This document shows positions 17,214 to 27,572 of a stretch of DNA of 64,000 nucleotides, in pieces (positions within the stretch are counted from its first letter, which is position 1; every line of letters starts with the position of its first letter). Source of the DNA: Oceanispirochaeta sp. (lineage in GTDB: Bacteria > Spirochaetota > Spirochaetia > DSM-2461); NCBI GenBank assembly GCA_963666275.2, contig CAXXOA010000001.1, forward strand, positions 1,792,001-1,856,000. The letters are read 5' to 3'. The position numbers were made by a program, and so were the translations under genes. Below the pieces are notes generated by a model. That model was not told the origin of the DNA and did no database searches. It saw only the letters and a program-made list of their open reading frames with translations.

Positions 17214-18043
17214 TAGCGGGATAAATCCCGGAGGAATTTATCCATCATACGGAAGGCATTCTCATCCAGAGTCTCTATGGTATCTGCCGGTGTATGATTG
17301 ATCTCCCAGGAATGGGGCCTCCGGGATTTATCTGCTTTCCAGGCTGAGGCTTCCTTCCAGGGCAGGACAGAGAGCTGCAGGGCGGGAAAGCCGCTAAGCT
17401 GAAAGCCCAGATCGTCTGAAAAAAGGTCGACCACAGCCATGTCTGTCTGTCTGCTGTATTTGAAGAAGAGGTCGGAAACCGAGTGATAAAGGTTTTCAAC
17501 AGACCGGATCACAGGATTCCCGATCAGCTCCTGTTCATTTTCGGACTTGTACTTCAGATCACTCCGGCCCCAGATCAGTGTATCCCCGATGCCGCACATA
17601 TCCAGCACAGTAAAAAAGTAGCCCTGACCCATTTTTTCCATCCAGAATTTACCCAGATTGTAGGCTCCCTGTTCAAAGATGGAGGATTCTCCAGTTAACT
17701 CTTCCCTGTCTGTAAAAAGAATCAGCGTATTGTGGGGATAATCCAGGGATTTCAGATACTCGATATGCTGAAGGAGCATAAAAACCGCCGCGCTGTTGTC
17801 ATTGGCGCCGGGGGTTCCCTCTACCCGGTCGTAATGGGCCGTAAGGACTTTGACATAGTGATCCTTCAGAAAAGGTTTTTTCCCCTTCACAGGGATAAGG
17901 AAATGGATCCCCCCCCTGTCTATTTTACTGTATTCCACTCCCTTCCAGTCCAGCAGAGTCTCCAGAAACTGACGCCTGTCGCATTCGGGGCGGCAGAAAC
18001 CCTGGAGAAAATCATTTCTGCTGTACTCTCGGGATCCTGTCAT
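17195..18043 (-). CDS. M28 family peptidase
   Basis: AHYDR, PGANDNSAA, FTDREE, LDMCG, HTPAD. Confidence 0.8.
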   Translation of the reverse strand: MTGSREYSRNDFLQGFCRPECDRRQFLETLLDWKGVEYSKIDRGGIHFLIPVKGKKPFLKDHYVKVLTAHYDRVEGTPGANDNSAAVFMLLQHIEYLKSLDYPHNTLILFTDREELTGESSIFEQGAYNLGKFWMEKMGQGYFFTVLDMCGIGDTLIWGRSDLKYKSENEQELIGNPVIRSVENLYHSVSDLFFKYSRQTDMAVVDLFSDDLGFQLSGFPALQLSVLPWKEASAWKADKSRRPHSWEINHTPADTIETLDENAFRMMDKFLRDLSRYQFPLP

Positions 18044-19164
18044 ATCCGTCCTATCCTGATGGCTTCCACAGGACAGACTTCATGGCAGCAGTAGCAGCGG
18101 ATACATTTCTGATAGTCTATGGCTACCTTCTTTCCCTTTCCTTCACCCCTGAAGCTGAGGGCTGCTGCGGGACAGATCTCAAGGCATTTCCCGCAGCGGA
18201 TACATTTTCTGTGAATGAAGAAGGGCCGGGGAACATAGAGGTTCCGGATAAACTGATAGATCCCGGAGGGAAGCATCTTTTTTATGAAACCTGTATCTTT
18301 GAGAATCTTCACCCTTTTATAATCTTCCATGACAAGCTCAGCCGGTTTCAGGAGAGGATACTCTATCTCATCCGGATTTTTCAGCCAGATCTGTCTGTCC
18401 AGGGCATCCTTCAGCAGGGGGATCAGCTCAGGTTCATATCCCATTATGGAAGCAAATGCCCAGTCCAGAGCCAGCAGATTGTCCGAGGCTCCCAGGAGCT
18501 CTACCTTTCTGGGATATCCGCTACCCGGACCGGGACCTTCCATGGCAAGGATCCCATCCATAATGGCAAAATCCGTTCCGGCGCCCTGAAAAAGATCCAC
18601 AATCATGGCGGCAAAATCCTCTTTTTCGGGGAAATTCATGTGAAACCGGGATTTGTTCAAACCGGGGATCAGACCGAAAAGATTTTTTATGGCCCCCGTA
18701 TAGTACATCATTTCGTGAGTTTTCATTTTGGGAAGGGAAATCAGAACATCCGCTTCCTCAAGATAGCTGGTGGGAGAGAATCTTGTCTGTTTTCTGCCAT
18801 CCGGATTCAGAAGCGTACCGACTGTATTGAAAACAACCCACTCTGCGCCTTCCTGATCGACCGCATCTTTTATGCCGCATTTTTTCCCCGCCAGATCGGC
18901 AGATCCCACTCCCGGGGAGTCACCTACAAGAATCCGGGCGGCTCCTCTTGTCCTGAGCTCTTTTATAACAGCCCTGACAAGCTCCGGATGGGTGGTAACC
19001 GCTTTCTCCGGAGGGGATCCCGAAAGGATATTGGGTTTCAAAAGGACCGTCTTTCCCGCTACTTCCGGAAAAGCAGAATTTTGAAGGAGTTTTTTCAGGG
19101 AACTCTGAATATTTTCGGGACTGTAATCGGAACATCCTGTAATTGCAACCTGAGGTTTAATCAT
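18040..19164 (-). CDS. DUF362 domain protein with C-terminal 2x[4Fe-4S] ferredoxin domain
   Basis: LLKPN, TTHP, LPKMKTH, AIKNLFG; CIRCGKCLEICP and CIRCYCCHEVCP. Confidence 0.9.
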   Translation of the reverse strand: MIKPQVAITGCSDYSPENIQSSLKKLLQNSAFPEVAGKTVLLKPNILSGSPPEKAVTTHPELVRAVIKELRTRGAARILVGDSPGVGSADLAGKKCGIKDAVDQEGAEWVVFNTVGTLLNPDGRKQTRFSPTSYLEEADVLISLPKMKTHEMMYYTGAIKNLFGLIPGLNKSRFHMNFPEKEDFAAMIVDLFQGAGTDFAIMDGILAMEGPGPGSGYPRKVELLGASDNLLALDWAFASIMGYEPELIPLLKDALDRQIWLKNPDEIEYPLLKPAELVMEDYKRVKILKDTGFIKKMLPSGIYQFIRNLYVPRPFFIHRKCIRCGKCLEICPAAALSFRGEGKGKKVAIDYQKCIRCYCCHEVCPVEAIRIGRI

Positions 19165-19268
19165 ATTGTATTATCGGTCCTTATCTCTTGATTTTTAAAC
19201 AGACTCCAGAGTATTGTAGTTTAACAAATAAAATCAATCCTTATTGATAGTTATAGTGAGGTATTATT

Positions 19269-20924
19269 GTGGTACAACCGCTTAAAAAACTGGAATCCTT
19301 TCAGAAAAGACGGGGACCTGTAGTTCTCTGTATTATGGACGGAGTCGGATATGGAGAATATGAACAGGGTGATGCTGTAAAAGGAGCTATCACCAATACT
19401 CTTGATGAACTGTCAGCTACCTGTCCCGTGACAAAGCTCAAGGCTCATGGTAAAGCCGTGGGACTTCCTTCAGACGATGATATGGGGAACTCCGAAGTCG
19501 GTCACAACGCGATCGGATGCGGCCGGGTTTTCTCCCAGGGGGCGAAACTGGTTTCCAACTCCATTGAAACCGGAGCCATGTTTACCGGAGAAATCTGGAC
19601 CAAGCTGATAAACAATGCAAAAGATAAAGATTCTACCCTCCATTTTATCGGACTTCTGTCTGACGGAAATGTTCACTCCCATATAGATCACCTGAAAGCC
19701 ATGGTTACCAAAGCCAAAGAGGACGGAGTGAAAAAAGTCCGTGTTCATGCGCTGCTGGACGGTAGGGATGTAGGGGAAACTTCCGCTCTTGACTACTTCG
19801 ACCCCACAGAGGCTTTTCTGGCTGAACTGAGCGATGAGAATTTCGACGCCTGTATCGCTTCCGGAGGCGGAAGGATGCAGATTACCATGGACCGCTATCA
19901 GGCGAACTGGTCAATGGTTGATAAAGGATGGCAGACCCATGTGCTCGGAGAAGGGGAACTCTTCTCATCCGCCCATGAAGCCATTACCGAACTGAGAAAG
20001 AGGGATGAGGTCATTGATCAGGATCTGCCTCCTTTCGTTATCGGAGAGGACGGAAAACCTGTAGGAACCGTAGAAGACGGAGACAGTGTTATCCTCTTCA
20101 ACTTCCGCGGAGACAGAGCCCTTGAAATTACAGCCGCCTTTGAAAGCGGCGATGATTTTGACAAGTTCGACCGTGTCAGAGTTCCCGATGTGGAATATGC
20201 GGGTATGATGGAATATGACGGAGACCTTCATGTTCCCAAACAGTACCTTGTGAATCCTCCCACCATTGACAGGACTATGGCTGAATACCTGGTGGCTTCA
20301 GGAGTTAAACAGTTCTCCATCAGTGAGACTCAGAAATTCGGCCATGTGACCTATTTCTTCAACGGAAACAAATCAGGCAAGTTCTCCGAAGAACTGGAAA
20401 CTTACGTGGAGATCCCCTCGGATGTGGTTCCTTTCGAACAGAGACCTGCCATGAAATGTGCGGAGATAACAGACAAGCTTCTGGAAGTGATCGAAGCCGG
20501 GGAGTACGATTTCATTAAACTCAACTTCCCCAACGGCGATATGGTAGGCCATACAGGAAGCTATCAGGCTGTTGTATGCTCCATGGAAGCTATGGACCTG
20601 AATATCGGCCGGCTCAGAAATGCTGTTCAGAAAGCCGGAGGTGTCCTGATCCTGACGGCAGACCATGGTAACTCCGATGATATGTATGAACATAACAAGA
20701 AAACCGGAGAGGTTGTCATGAACGAGAAGGGAAAACCGAAAGCCAAAACTTCCCACTCTCTCAATCCCGTTCCCTGTATCATTTTTGATCCTGAATACAA
20801 GGATGACTACAGTAAAGATCTGAACGAGGGTCTGGGAATCAGCTCTGTGGCAGCAACATGTCTTAATTTCCTGGGATACGAAGCTCCCGAAGATTATGAC
20901 AGGAGTATCATTACCGTTAAATAA
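19269..20924 (+). CDS. gpmI: 2,3-bisphosphoglycerate-independent phosphoglycerate mutase
   Basis: MGNSEVGH, DGNVHSH, LDGRD, NFRGDR, DMVGHTG, TADHGN. Confidence 0.95.
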   Translation: MVQPLKKLESFQKRRGPVVLCIMDGVGYGEYEQGDAVKGAITNTLDELSATCPVTKLKAHGKAVGLPSDDDMGNSEVGHNAIGCGRVFSQGAKLVSNSIETGAMFTGEIWTKLINNAKDKDSTLHFIGLLSDGNVHSHIDHLKAMVTKAKEDGVKKVRVHALLDGRDVGETSALDYFDPTEAFLAELSDENFDACIASGGGRMQITMDRYQANWSMVDKGWQTHVLGEGELFSSAHEAITELRKRDEVIDQDLPPFVIGEDGKPVGTVEDGDSVILFNFRGDRALEITAAFESGDDFDKFDRVRVPDVEYAGMMEYDGDLHVPKQYLVNPPTIDRTMAEYLVASGVKQFSISETQKFGHVTYFFNGNKSGKFSEELETYVEIPSDVVPFEQRPAMKCAEITDKLLEVIEAGEYDFIKLNFPNGDMVGHTGSYQAVVCSMEAMDLNIGRLRNAVQKAGGVLILTADHGNSDDMYEHNKKTGEVVMNEKGKPKAKTSHSLNPVPCIIFDPEYKDDYSKDLNEGLGISSVAATCLNFLGYEAPEDYDRSIITVK

Positions 20925-20943
20925 GATCTGAAAGGATTTTCAG

Positions 20944-20984
20944 GCCTGCTGTTTCTTTTTCTGAAGGAGCAGCAGGCTTTTTTT
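20944..20984 (+). terminator. Rho-independent terminator after gpmI
   Basis: GCCTGCTG/CAGCAGGC stem followed by T7. Confidence 0.8.
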
Positions 20985-20987
20985 ATG

Positions 20988-23210
20988 TCAGGGAAGTTTT
21001 CCCGCTTCTATTTTTTCCAGAGCCCAGAGGGTGAACTTCTGAACTTTCCTGTCCGGATCAGCCATGAGTTCCTCCAGAATCTTTTCATTATCCTGATCTT
21101 TCAGTTTTACCATGGCCCGGATCGCCAGTATCCTGATCTCCCTGTTGATATCCTTCACAGCGGGGACAAGACCTCTCCAGGCCTTTTTTGTATTGATGAG
21201 AATCAGTTCTTCCGCGGCCAGTTTCCTTGTCTCTTTTTTCCGGTTCTTCAGCCTGTTTATGCAAAGATCCACATACCCTGTCTCTTCAAGGATATGGGAG
21301 ACCGTTTTATGAAGGCCTGTTGCATCTGGATCTCTGAGGAAAAGGAGCAGCTGCTCTTCCAGGGGCTCGCTGGCGGATATGAAATACTCTGTTAGGGATT
21401 TACGCAGAGCGGGTGTGCCCGTTTTAAAATACTCCAGAATGATCCTGATCTCTTCAGGGGTTCCCTTGTTTTTCAGAGCATGATGGATGGATTCCTCCAG
21501 CTCCGGTTTCTTTTCGATAAGAGGAACAAGCTCTGACAGGGCTTTGATATTCCGGCCGGCTCCCCAGGCATCTATGATTGTCCGGCAGACTTCCTCTGTT
21601 TCGTTTTCGTCATAGAGAATCTGATGGAGTTCCGTAAAGGTCTCCTCTCTGTTCCAGAGGATCAGATCCCCCGCTGTTTCGGCCCTTACTGCCTCTTCCG
21701 GATCTGAAAGCAGAGGAACGATCTTTTCCAGTGATCCTGTACTCTGCAGACGGCTGAGGGATTCTACAGCGACAATCCTTGTCCGGGGATCCGCATCGCT
21801 CAGGGCCTCTTCCATCTGGGGGATAAAGCGGGATATCTGCGAAACCGCCAGAAGCGACATAAGAGCATTTCTGGCAGAACCGTCGCTGAGGGTGAAAATG
21901 ATCTCAGCCAGTTCCAGAAAATCTTCCCGGGACCAGCGGGAGGCATTGATTCCCAGTTCTTCCATCTCTGCCCGGGAAAAGAGGGAGAGATTTTCGAGTA
22001 TAAAGAGTATGGTGCTTTTTTCATTATAGTGACAGAGAACAGACAGGGCTCTTTTCCTTACCCGGGGGGAATTCTCACTGTTCCTCACAATTTCATGCAT
22101 ATCCCTGAGGGAGAAGGAGAGGGGGAGCCGTTTAAAACTCCGGATGAGCTCTCCATCACAGCTGAAGGTTTCATCTTTCAGAAAATGGATCAGGTCTCCG
22201 TAAATCTTCAAGGCACTTTCAGCGGGAATATGATGAAATATCACTTTAAGATACTCTTTATTGTTTTTTTGCTCCTGGAGGATCTTCTGGAGCAGGGCAA
22301 AGCTCTCTTTGCTTGTGAGTTTCAACAGGTTCAGGATGGCTGTTTTCTTAATTGTATAGAGGTAGGGCGATTTTTCCTGGATTGCCATGGTGGAAGCAAT
22401 CAGCTTTTCCGGGATCCGGCTGATTCCTCCGGACTCCATCAGTTCCATTGCCATGCAATAGGAGCCTTTGGAGTGGAAATTCTCAGGTTTATCAAGGAAT
22501 GAGTTAATGCCGCAGCGTGAGGATGCATTCAGAAGATCCCGTCGTCTGTTGAAGTCCTCCATATCCGAAAGACTGGCTTTCCGGATCAGTTTGTCCAGGC
22601 ATCCCTCCTGTTCCAGGTACATAGAGGCGTTCAGAGCGATCCCCGGGTCGTTCTCAAGAAGAAAACGGTAGGCCAGGTCATGATCCATGACAGAATCTTT
22701 TTCAAGGAGTTCAATGCAGTGAATCTTCTCTACTTTGGTAAGATTGTCGGGAGACACCGAGAAGAGGTCTGCAAAATCTTTCCGGATTCTCTGCCGGGCA
22801 GTCTTTCTGACTTCCCAGACCGGATCTGTCAGATACATTCTGAAAAGCCTGTTGTAAAGCTTCTGCCGATCCGCAGAAACAAACCATCTGGCAATAAGGG
22901 CTCTGATCTCCGCGTGGCTGTCCGATAGACCTTCCCATACCATCCTGACGGCTTTGGGTGAATCAGACCAGAGAAGAATCGCATAGGCCTGCTTCCTCAG
23001 CCGGGGAGAACTGGTGGAGGAAAAAAGCAGAAGTGTGTCTTCCCAGGGAAATAGCAGTTTTTTCCAGGAGTGATCCTCCTCGGGAATTTCCCATTCTGAC
23101 AATAGTTCCTCCAGCCACGGGGCGGGCAACGCTGATTCCATAAGCTGCTGGAGTTTCAATTTTCCCTGTTCATTATTTTTCAGTTGGAAGAGAGGATGCT
23201 TGCTATTCAT
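20988..23210 (-). CDS. HEAT-repeat protein
   Basis: Repeated L-D-x-x-x-x-VR-x-x-A units (LSDADPRTRIVAVESL, LSDPEEAVRAETA, MADPDRKVQKFTLWAL). Confidence 0.8.
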   Translation of the reverse strand: MNSKHPLFQLKNNEQGKLKLQQLMESALPAPWLEELLSEWEIPEEDHSWKKLLFPWEDTLLLFSSTSSPRLRKQAYAILLWSDSPKAVRMVWEGLSDSHAEIRALIARWFVSADRQKLYNRLFRMYLTDPVWEVRKTARQRIRKDFADLFSVSPDNLTKVEKIHCIELLEKDSVMDHDLAYRFLLENDPGIALNASMYLEQEGCLDKLIRKASLSDMEDFNRRRDLLNASSRCGINSFLDKPENFHSKGSYCMAMELMESGGISRIPEKLIASTMAIQEKSPYLYTIKKTAILNLLKLTSKESFALLQKILQEQKNNKEYLKVIFHHIPAESALKIYGDLIHFLKDETFSCDGELIRSFKRLPLSFSLRDMHEIVRNSENSPRVRKRALSVLCHYNEKSTILFILENLSLFSRAEMEELGINASRWSREDFLELAEIIFTLSDGSARNALMSLLAVSQISRFIPQMEEALSDADPRTRIVAVESLSRLQSTGSLEKIVPLLSDPEEAVRAETAGDLILWNREETFTELHQILYDENETEEVCRTIIDAWGAGRNIKALSELVPLIEKKPELEESIHHALKNKGTPEEIRIILEYFKTGTPALRKSLTEYFISASEPLEEQLLLFLRDPDATGLHKTVSHILEETGYVDLCINRLKNRKKETRKLAAEELILINTKKAWRGLVPAVKDINREIRILAIRAMVKLKDQDNEKILEELMADPDRKVQKFTLWALEKIEAGKLP

Positions 23211-23231
23211 AAAACCTTACCTGACTTTTTG

Positions 23232-23693
23232 TTAAAAAAGTAAATCAGAACAGATTCTGCTCAGAGACTGAAGATCGTGACACTTCTTACTGCCGAAGGA
23301 ATCTGGGGAGATACTGTTCAGTATCAGAATATCAGATATCTGCATATTTTCAAACAGAGGAATCACATAGCCGCTGTTCATGGCGGGATTGATGAGGATT
23401 TCTTCAAGAAAAGTCCCTTTTTTCCGATTCACTACCAGGCTCTCCCGGCAGTGATGAATGAAATCCAGCCATCCGCTGGCCGCATAGATCGTTTCAGGGA
23501 CGTCATAAATTCCCAGAGAATGGGCAAGGCTGTAATCTCTGGAGGTTCCGCTCCGGCTGTACCAGGCTGCCAGATCACTAGAGGACTGGTAGAAGGCCGA
23601 TTGAAGCATCTTTTCAAGGATCCCCTGCTTCCCCTGTCTCAGATCCGGTCTGAGGGGAAGCAGAGGGGAATCGGTTCTTAAATGGACTGGCAT
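23232..23693 (-). CDS. Hypothetical protein
   Basis: 153-aa ORF starting 1 nt after the glpK stop and filling the gap to the HEAT gene. Confidence 0.6.
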   Translation of the reverse strand: MPVHLRTDSPLLPLRPDLRQGKQGILEKMLQSAFYQSSSDLAAWYSRSGTSRDYSLAHSLGIYDVPETIYAASGWLDFIHHCRESLVVNRKKGTFLEEILINPAMNSGYVIPLFENMQISDILILNSISPDSFGSKKCHDLQSLSRICSDLLF

Positions 23694-23694
23694 A

Positions 23695-25188
23695 TCAAAC
23701 TTCCCCTGACATAAGGCATTTTTTCACGGCTTTTTTCCAGCCTTCATAGAGGGCCCTGCTGTCCTCTTCACACATGACAGGTTCAAATACCCTATCTACA
23801 GACCAGACTCTCTGGATCTCCCGGGAATCTTTCCAGTAACCTACTGCCAGACCGGCGAAAAAAGCTGCTCCCAGAGCCGTTGTCTCGATGATCTGGGGGC
23901 GAATGACGCTGCTGCGGTTCAGATCACTCTGAATCTGCATGAGGATATTACTTCGTGCGGCGCCGCCATCCACTCTGATCCCTTTCAGGTCGATGCCTGA
24001 ATCTTTCTGCATTATATCAATAATTTCCTTGGATCGGAAAGCGATAGATTCCAGAGCGGCGCGGCAGATATGCTCTATTGTGGTGGCTCTGGTCATTCCC
24101 GTCAGTTCCGCACGGGCTTCCATGGACCAGTAGGGAGCTCCCAGTCCCTGGAAAGCCGGAACCAGATAGACTCCTTCGGACGCTGTGACTTTTTCGGCCA
24201 GTTCATCGCACTGGGGAGCCGATTCGATCAGTTTGAGATTGTCTCTGAGCCACTGTATGATGGCTCCTCCCATAAAAATACTCCCTTCCAGGGCATAGGT
24301 AATGGTCTGTCCCATTTTCCACCCGATCGTGGTAAGAAGGCCATTGGGCGAATCCACAGGCTTGTTTCCCGTGTTCATAAGCATGAAACAGCCGGTTCCG
24401 TAGGTATTTTTCACATCCCCGGGATTCAGGCACATCTGACCGAAAAGGGCCGCCTGCTGATCTCCTGCCACACCGGCGATCGGAACAGCCGCTCCGAAAA
24501 GATCTTTATCCGTATGGCCGTAGATTTCGCTGCAGCTTCTGATCTCCGGCAGAAGAGAGGCGGGAATATCCAGAAGAGACAGGAGTTCCCTGTCCCAGCA
24601 GTCTTCATGAATATTGTATAGCAGGGTTCTGCTGGCATTAGTTGCATCGGTCACATGAACCTTTCCGCCTGTGAGCTTCCATATAAGCCAGGAATCCATC
24701 GTACCGAAAAGGAGTTTTCCCTGTTCCGCTCTCTCCCGGACACCCTCAATATTATCCAGGATCCAGCGGATTTTGGTTCCCGAAAAGTAGGCATCCAGGG
24801 GGAGACCTGTCTTTTTTCTGAAAAGAGGTTCATACCCCTGATCGATAAGGGTATTGCAGAGATCTGAAGTCCTTCTGCACTGCCATACAATGGCATTGTA
24901 GACGGGGATACCAGTCTCTTTATCCCAGATCATTGTGGTTTCTCTCTGATTTGTAATGCCGATAGCCGCTATATTCTCTTCAAGGCTGAGGTTTCGGGAC
25001 TCCAGCAGCTGAAGCATCATATCCCTCTGGCAGTCCCATATCTCCAGGGGGTTGTGTTCCACCCAGCCTGATTGTGGATAATACTGGGGGAATTCCTGCT
25101 GAGTCATGCCGCAGATAGCGCCGGATTTATCAACAAGAAGGGCTCTGGAACTAGTGGTCCCCTGATCCAGTGAAAGGATGTATTTCAT
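23695..25188 (-). CDS. glpK: Glycerol kinase
   Basis: DQGTTSSR, GITNQRETT, WQCRRT, TDATNASRT, GDQQAALFG, KNTYGTGCF. Confidence 0.95.
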   Translation of the reverse strand: MKYILSLDQGTTSSRALLVDKSGAICGMTQQEFPQYYPQSGWVEHNPLEIWDCQRDMMLQLLESRNLSLEENIAAIGITNQRETTMIWDKETGIPVYNAIVWQCRRTSDLCNTLIDQGYEPLFRKKTGLPLDAYFSGTKIRWILDNIEGVRERAEQGKLLFGTMDSWLIWKLTGGKVHVTDATNASRTLLYNIHEDCWDRELLSLLDIPASLLPEIRSCSEIYGHTDKDLFGAAVPIAGVAGDQQAALFGQMCLNPGDVKNTYGTGCFMLMNTGNKPVDSPNGLLTTIGWKMGQTITYALEGSIFMGGAIIQWLRDNLKLIESAPQCDELAEKVTASEGVYLVPAFQGLGAPYWSMEARAELTGMTRATTIEHICRAALESIAFRSKEIIDIMQKDSGIDLKGIRVDGGAARSNILMQIQSDLNRSSVIRPQIIETTALGAAFFAGLAVGYWKDSREIQRVWSVDRVFEPVMCEEDSRALYEGWKKAVKKCLMSGEV

Positions 25189-25337
25189 AGCAAAACTCCA
25201 GAAAATCGTCTTTTTTTATTATTTTGAACTGAAACTGTTTTTATTATCCGTTTGCTGGCTGAATTTGTCTACGATTTTATCACCCGGGAAAAAATATATC
25301 TTTCTAAATAGCAAAATGACCGATAATATTAAGTAAT

Positions 25338-27527
25338 ATGGAGCTTCAGAAGGTAACAACCGGTTTATACTGGCTGGAAATACCAGAAAAAAACTTTTAT
25401 CTCATGTGCGGTTGTCCCATGGACAGCATTAAACACCTGACCAATAAAGGAATTATTCATCCTGTGGCAGGGGCTGAACAATACACGGAAACAGGCCCCA
25501 ACGCCATACTTTTATCAGATCTTCCCGTACAGAATGGATACTTCAGCAATCTGGCGGAATTCCCCATACTCCATATGATGTACAAACAGGGAATGGTTTT
25601 ACCGGGTCATCCCGGGAATGACGGCCGTAAACCCTGGATCATCGGAACGAGAGGTCAGGTTGAAGCCCAGAAAAATTATATTTTCCGCGGAAACTACGGA
25701 CTGGCCTCTCCGGAAGAATTCCATTGCGCCGGATGTGATGACACCCGGGCCGATGATCTGTGGAAGCTAAAAATGAAGTTCAACTTCAATACCATTCATG
25801 ATCCGGAAAAACTGATTGACTCTACTGTCGTTGGATCCCGTCCTGTAGAACTGAAGCCGGATATCTTCCTGGAAAGGAATGGTCTCAACCTCTACACTCT
25901 TTCATTCAACGGAGAATCCATTACTATCGATCTGAATCTGAAAGAGGAAGAGTTATACGAACCTCCCTATTCTCTGGATTACACAAGCATTAAACGGGAA
26001 TATTTTTCGGTTGTCCATGTGGGAGAAGGGAACGGCTGGGACAATACAAGGCCCTGCATGGGCAGTATCCTGACCTTCAAGGGGAAAATCTATCTCATCG
26101 ATGCGGGACCCAACATCGAGTACTCTCTCAATGCCGTGGGAGTCAGCGTGAATGATGTGGAGGGAATCTTCCATACCCATATTCACGATGATCACTTTGC
26201 CGGACTGACCTATCTTGTCATGGCGGACAACAAGGTAAAATATTTTGCCACCCCCATGGTGATGGAGACTGCAAGAAAAAAACTGACATCCCTGATGGGG
26301 CAGGATGAACAGGTCTTCGACGAAGTTTTCCATACGATTCCTCTCGAATGGGACAAATGGAACAATTTTGATGATCTGGAGATCAAACCTCTTTTTTCAC
26401 CCCATCCCGTGGAAACTTCCATCTTTTATTTCCGGGCTCAAGGGAAGGACGGATACAGGAGTTACGGACATCTGGCAGATATCATTACAAGTAAGGTTCT
26501 GAAAAGCTTTATCAGCGAGGATCCTTCAGAAGGGATCTCTCAGGAGATGTACGACAGGATCTGGAAAGGATATCTGGAAAAGGCCGATATCAAAAAAATT
26601 GACATAGGCGGCGGTTTTGTCCATGGGGATGCCTCAGATTTTGCGGATGATCCTTCAGATCTGGTTCTATTGAGTCATACAGACAGGCCACTGACAAGGG
26701 AAGAGAAAACTGTGGGCAGTGCCACAAGTTTCGGAGAGCAGAATATACTGATTCCCGCCCGGTCCGACTACAAGATGGAACATGCCTATAATATTCTGGA
26801 AGACTATTTTCCCCAGCAGGACAGAAAGGAACTGGAGCTTCTTATAAACAACAGTGAGATCCATTTCAATTCGGGAGACCTGCTGGCGGAATACGGCGAA
26901 ATGCTGGATTATGTCTATCTCATTCTCTTCGGTAAAGTGGATTTTCAGTTTAAAAACCGGAAACACCATTATGAGATGACTTCTGGGAGTATGATAGGGA
27001 TCACCAACAGTCTATGGGGCAAGCCCACGGTAGGGATCTACAGGGCCTCCTCCTATGTGGAGACACTGAAAATTCCCATTGACATCATGAAGGCATTTCT
27101 CAGTAACCACGATCTGCTCGAAAATTTGAGAGATACAAGCCGGATAATGCAGAATCTGCGTCATTCCTCCCTCTTCGGATCCCGTATTTCCAGCCGGAAA
27201 CTGCTGAAACTTTCTCAGAAAGCCGGGATCATTCATCTGCTGCCGGGAGATAGAATCCCCAACGGCTGGCCCGAAGATCTCTATTTCCTCAACAAGGGAC
27301 GGGTGAATATCCTCTACAATGGAAAATTGGCCGCCACCTTGAAAAGAGGGGAAACATGGGGAGGATACACCTCTTTTCCGCGTACAGAAGGTTTTGATAT
27401 CTCCGCCAGTGTTACGGAAGATCAGCATGTGGAACTCTACCGCTTCTCCCGGGAAGTCCTGAAGGAAATTCCCGTGATCAAGTGGAAATTGTTCCAGAAG
27501 TACTGCTGCTGGACGACTTCAGGCTGA
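25338..27527 (+). CDS. MBL-fold metallohydrolase with C-terminal cyclic-nucleotide-binding-like domains
   Basis: LIDAGP, HTHIHDDHFAG, PHPVET, HLADI, HGDA motifs; two cNMP-like segments (FNSGDLL..VYLILFGKV; LLPGDRI..LYFLNKGRV). Confidence 0.75.
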   Translation: MELQKVTTGLYWLEIPEKNFYLMCGCPMDSIKHLTNKGIIHPVAGAEQYTETGPNAILLSDLPVQNGYFSNLAEFPILHMMYKQGMVLPGHPGNDGRKPWIIGTRGQVEAQKNYIFRGNYGLASPEEFHCAGCDDTRADDLWKLKMKFNFNTIHDPEKLIDSTVVGSRPVELKPDIFLERNGLNLYTLSFNGESITIDLNLKEEELYEPPYSLDYTSIKREYFSVVHVGEGNGWDNTRPCMGSILTFKGKIYLIDAGPNIEYSLNAVGVSVNDVEGIFHTHIHDDHFAGLTYLVMADNKVKYFATPMVMETARKKLTSLMGQDEQVFDEVFHTIPLEWDKWNNFDDLEIKPLFSPHPVETSIFYFRAQGKDGYRSYGHLADIITSKVLKSFISEDPSEGISQEMYDRIWKGYLEKADIKKIDIGGGFVHGDASDFADDPSDLVLLSHTDRPLTREEKTVGSATSFGEQNILIPARSDYKMEHAYNILEDYFPQQDRKELELLINNSEIHFNSGDLLAEYGEMLDYVYLILFGKVDFQFKNRKHHYEMTSGSMIGITNSLWGKPTVGIYRASSYVETLKIPIDIMKAFLSNHDLLENLRDTSRIMQNLRHSSLFGSRISSRKLLKLSQKAGIIHLLPGDRIPNGWPEDLYFLNKGRVNILYNGKLAATLKRGETWGGYTSFPRTEGFDISASVTEDQHVELYRFSREVLKEIPVIKWKLFQKYCCWTTSG

Positions 27528-27572
27528 GCTCCTCTCTGGAAAAAAAATCCAAAATACAATAAAGTCCTCCCT

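Noticed and set aside
16266..19191. Long antisense ORFs 16266-17162 and 18082-19191
   Set aside because: Mirror frames of the methyltransferase and DUF362 genes.
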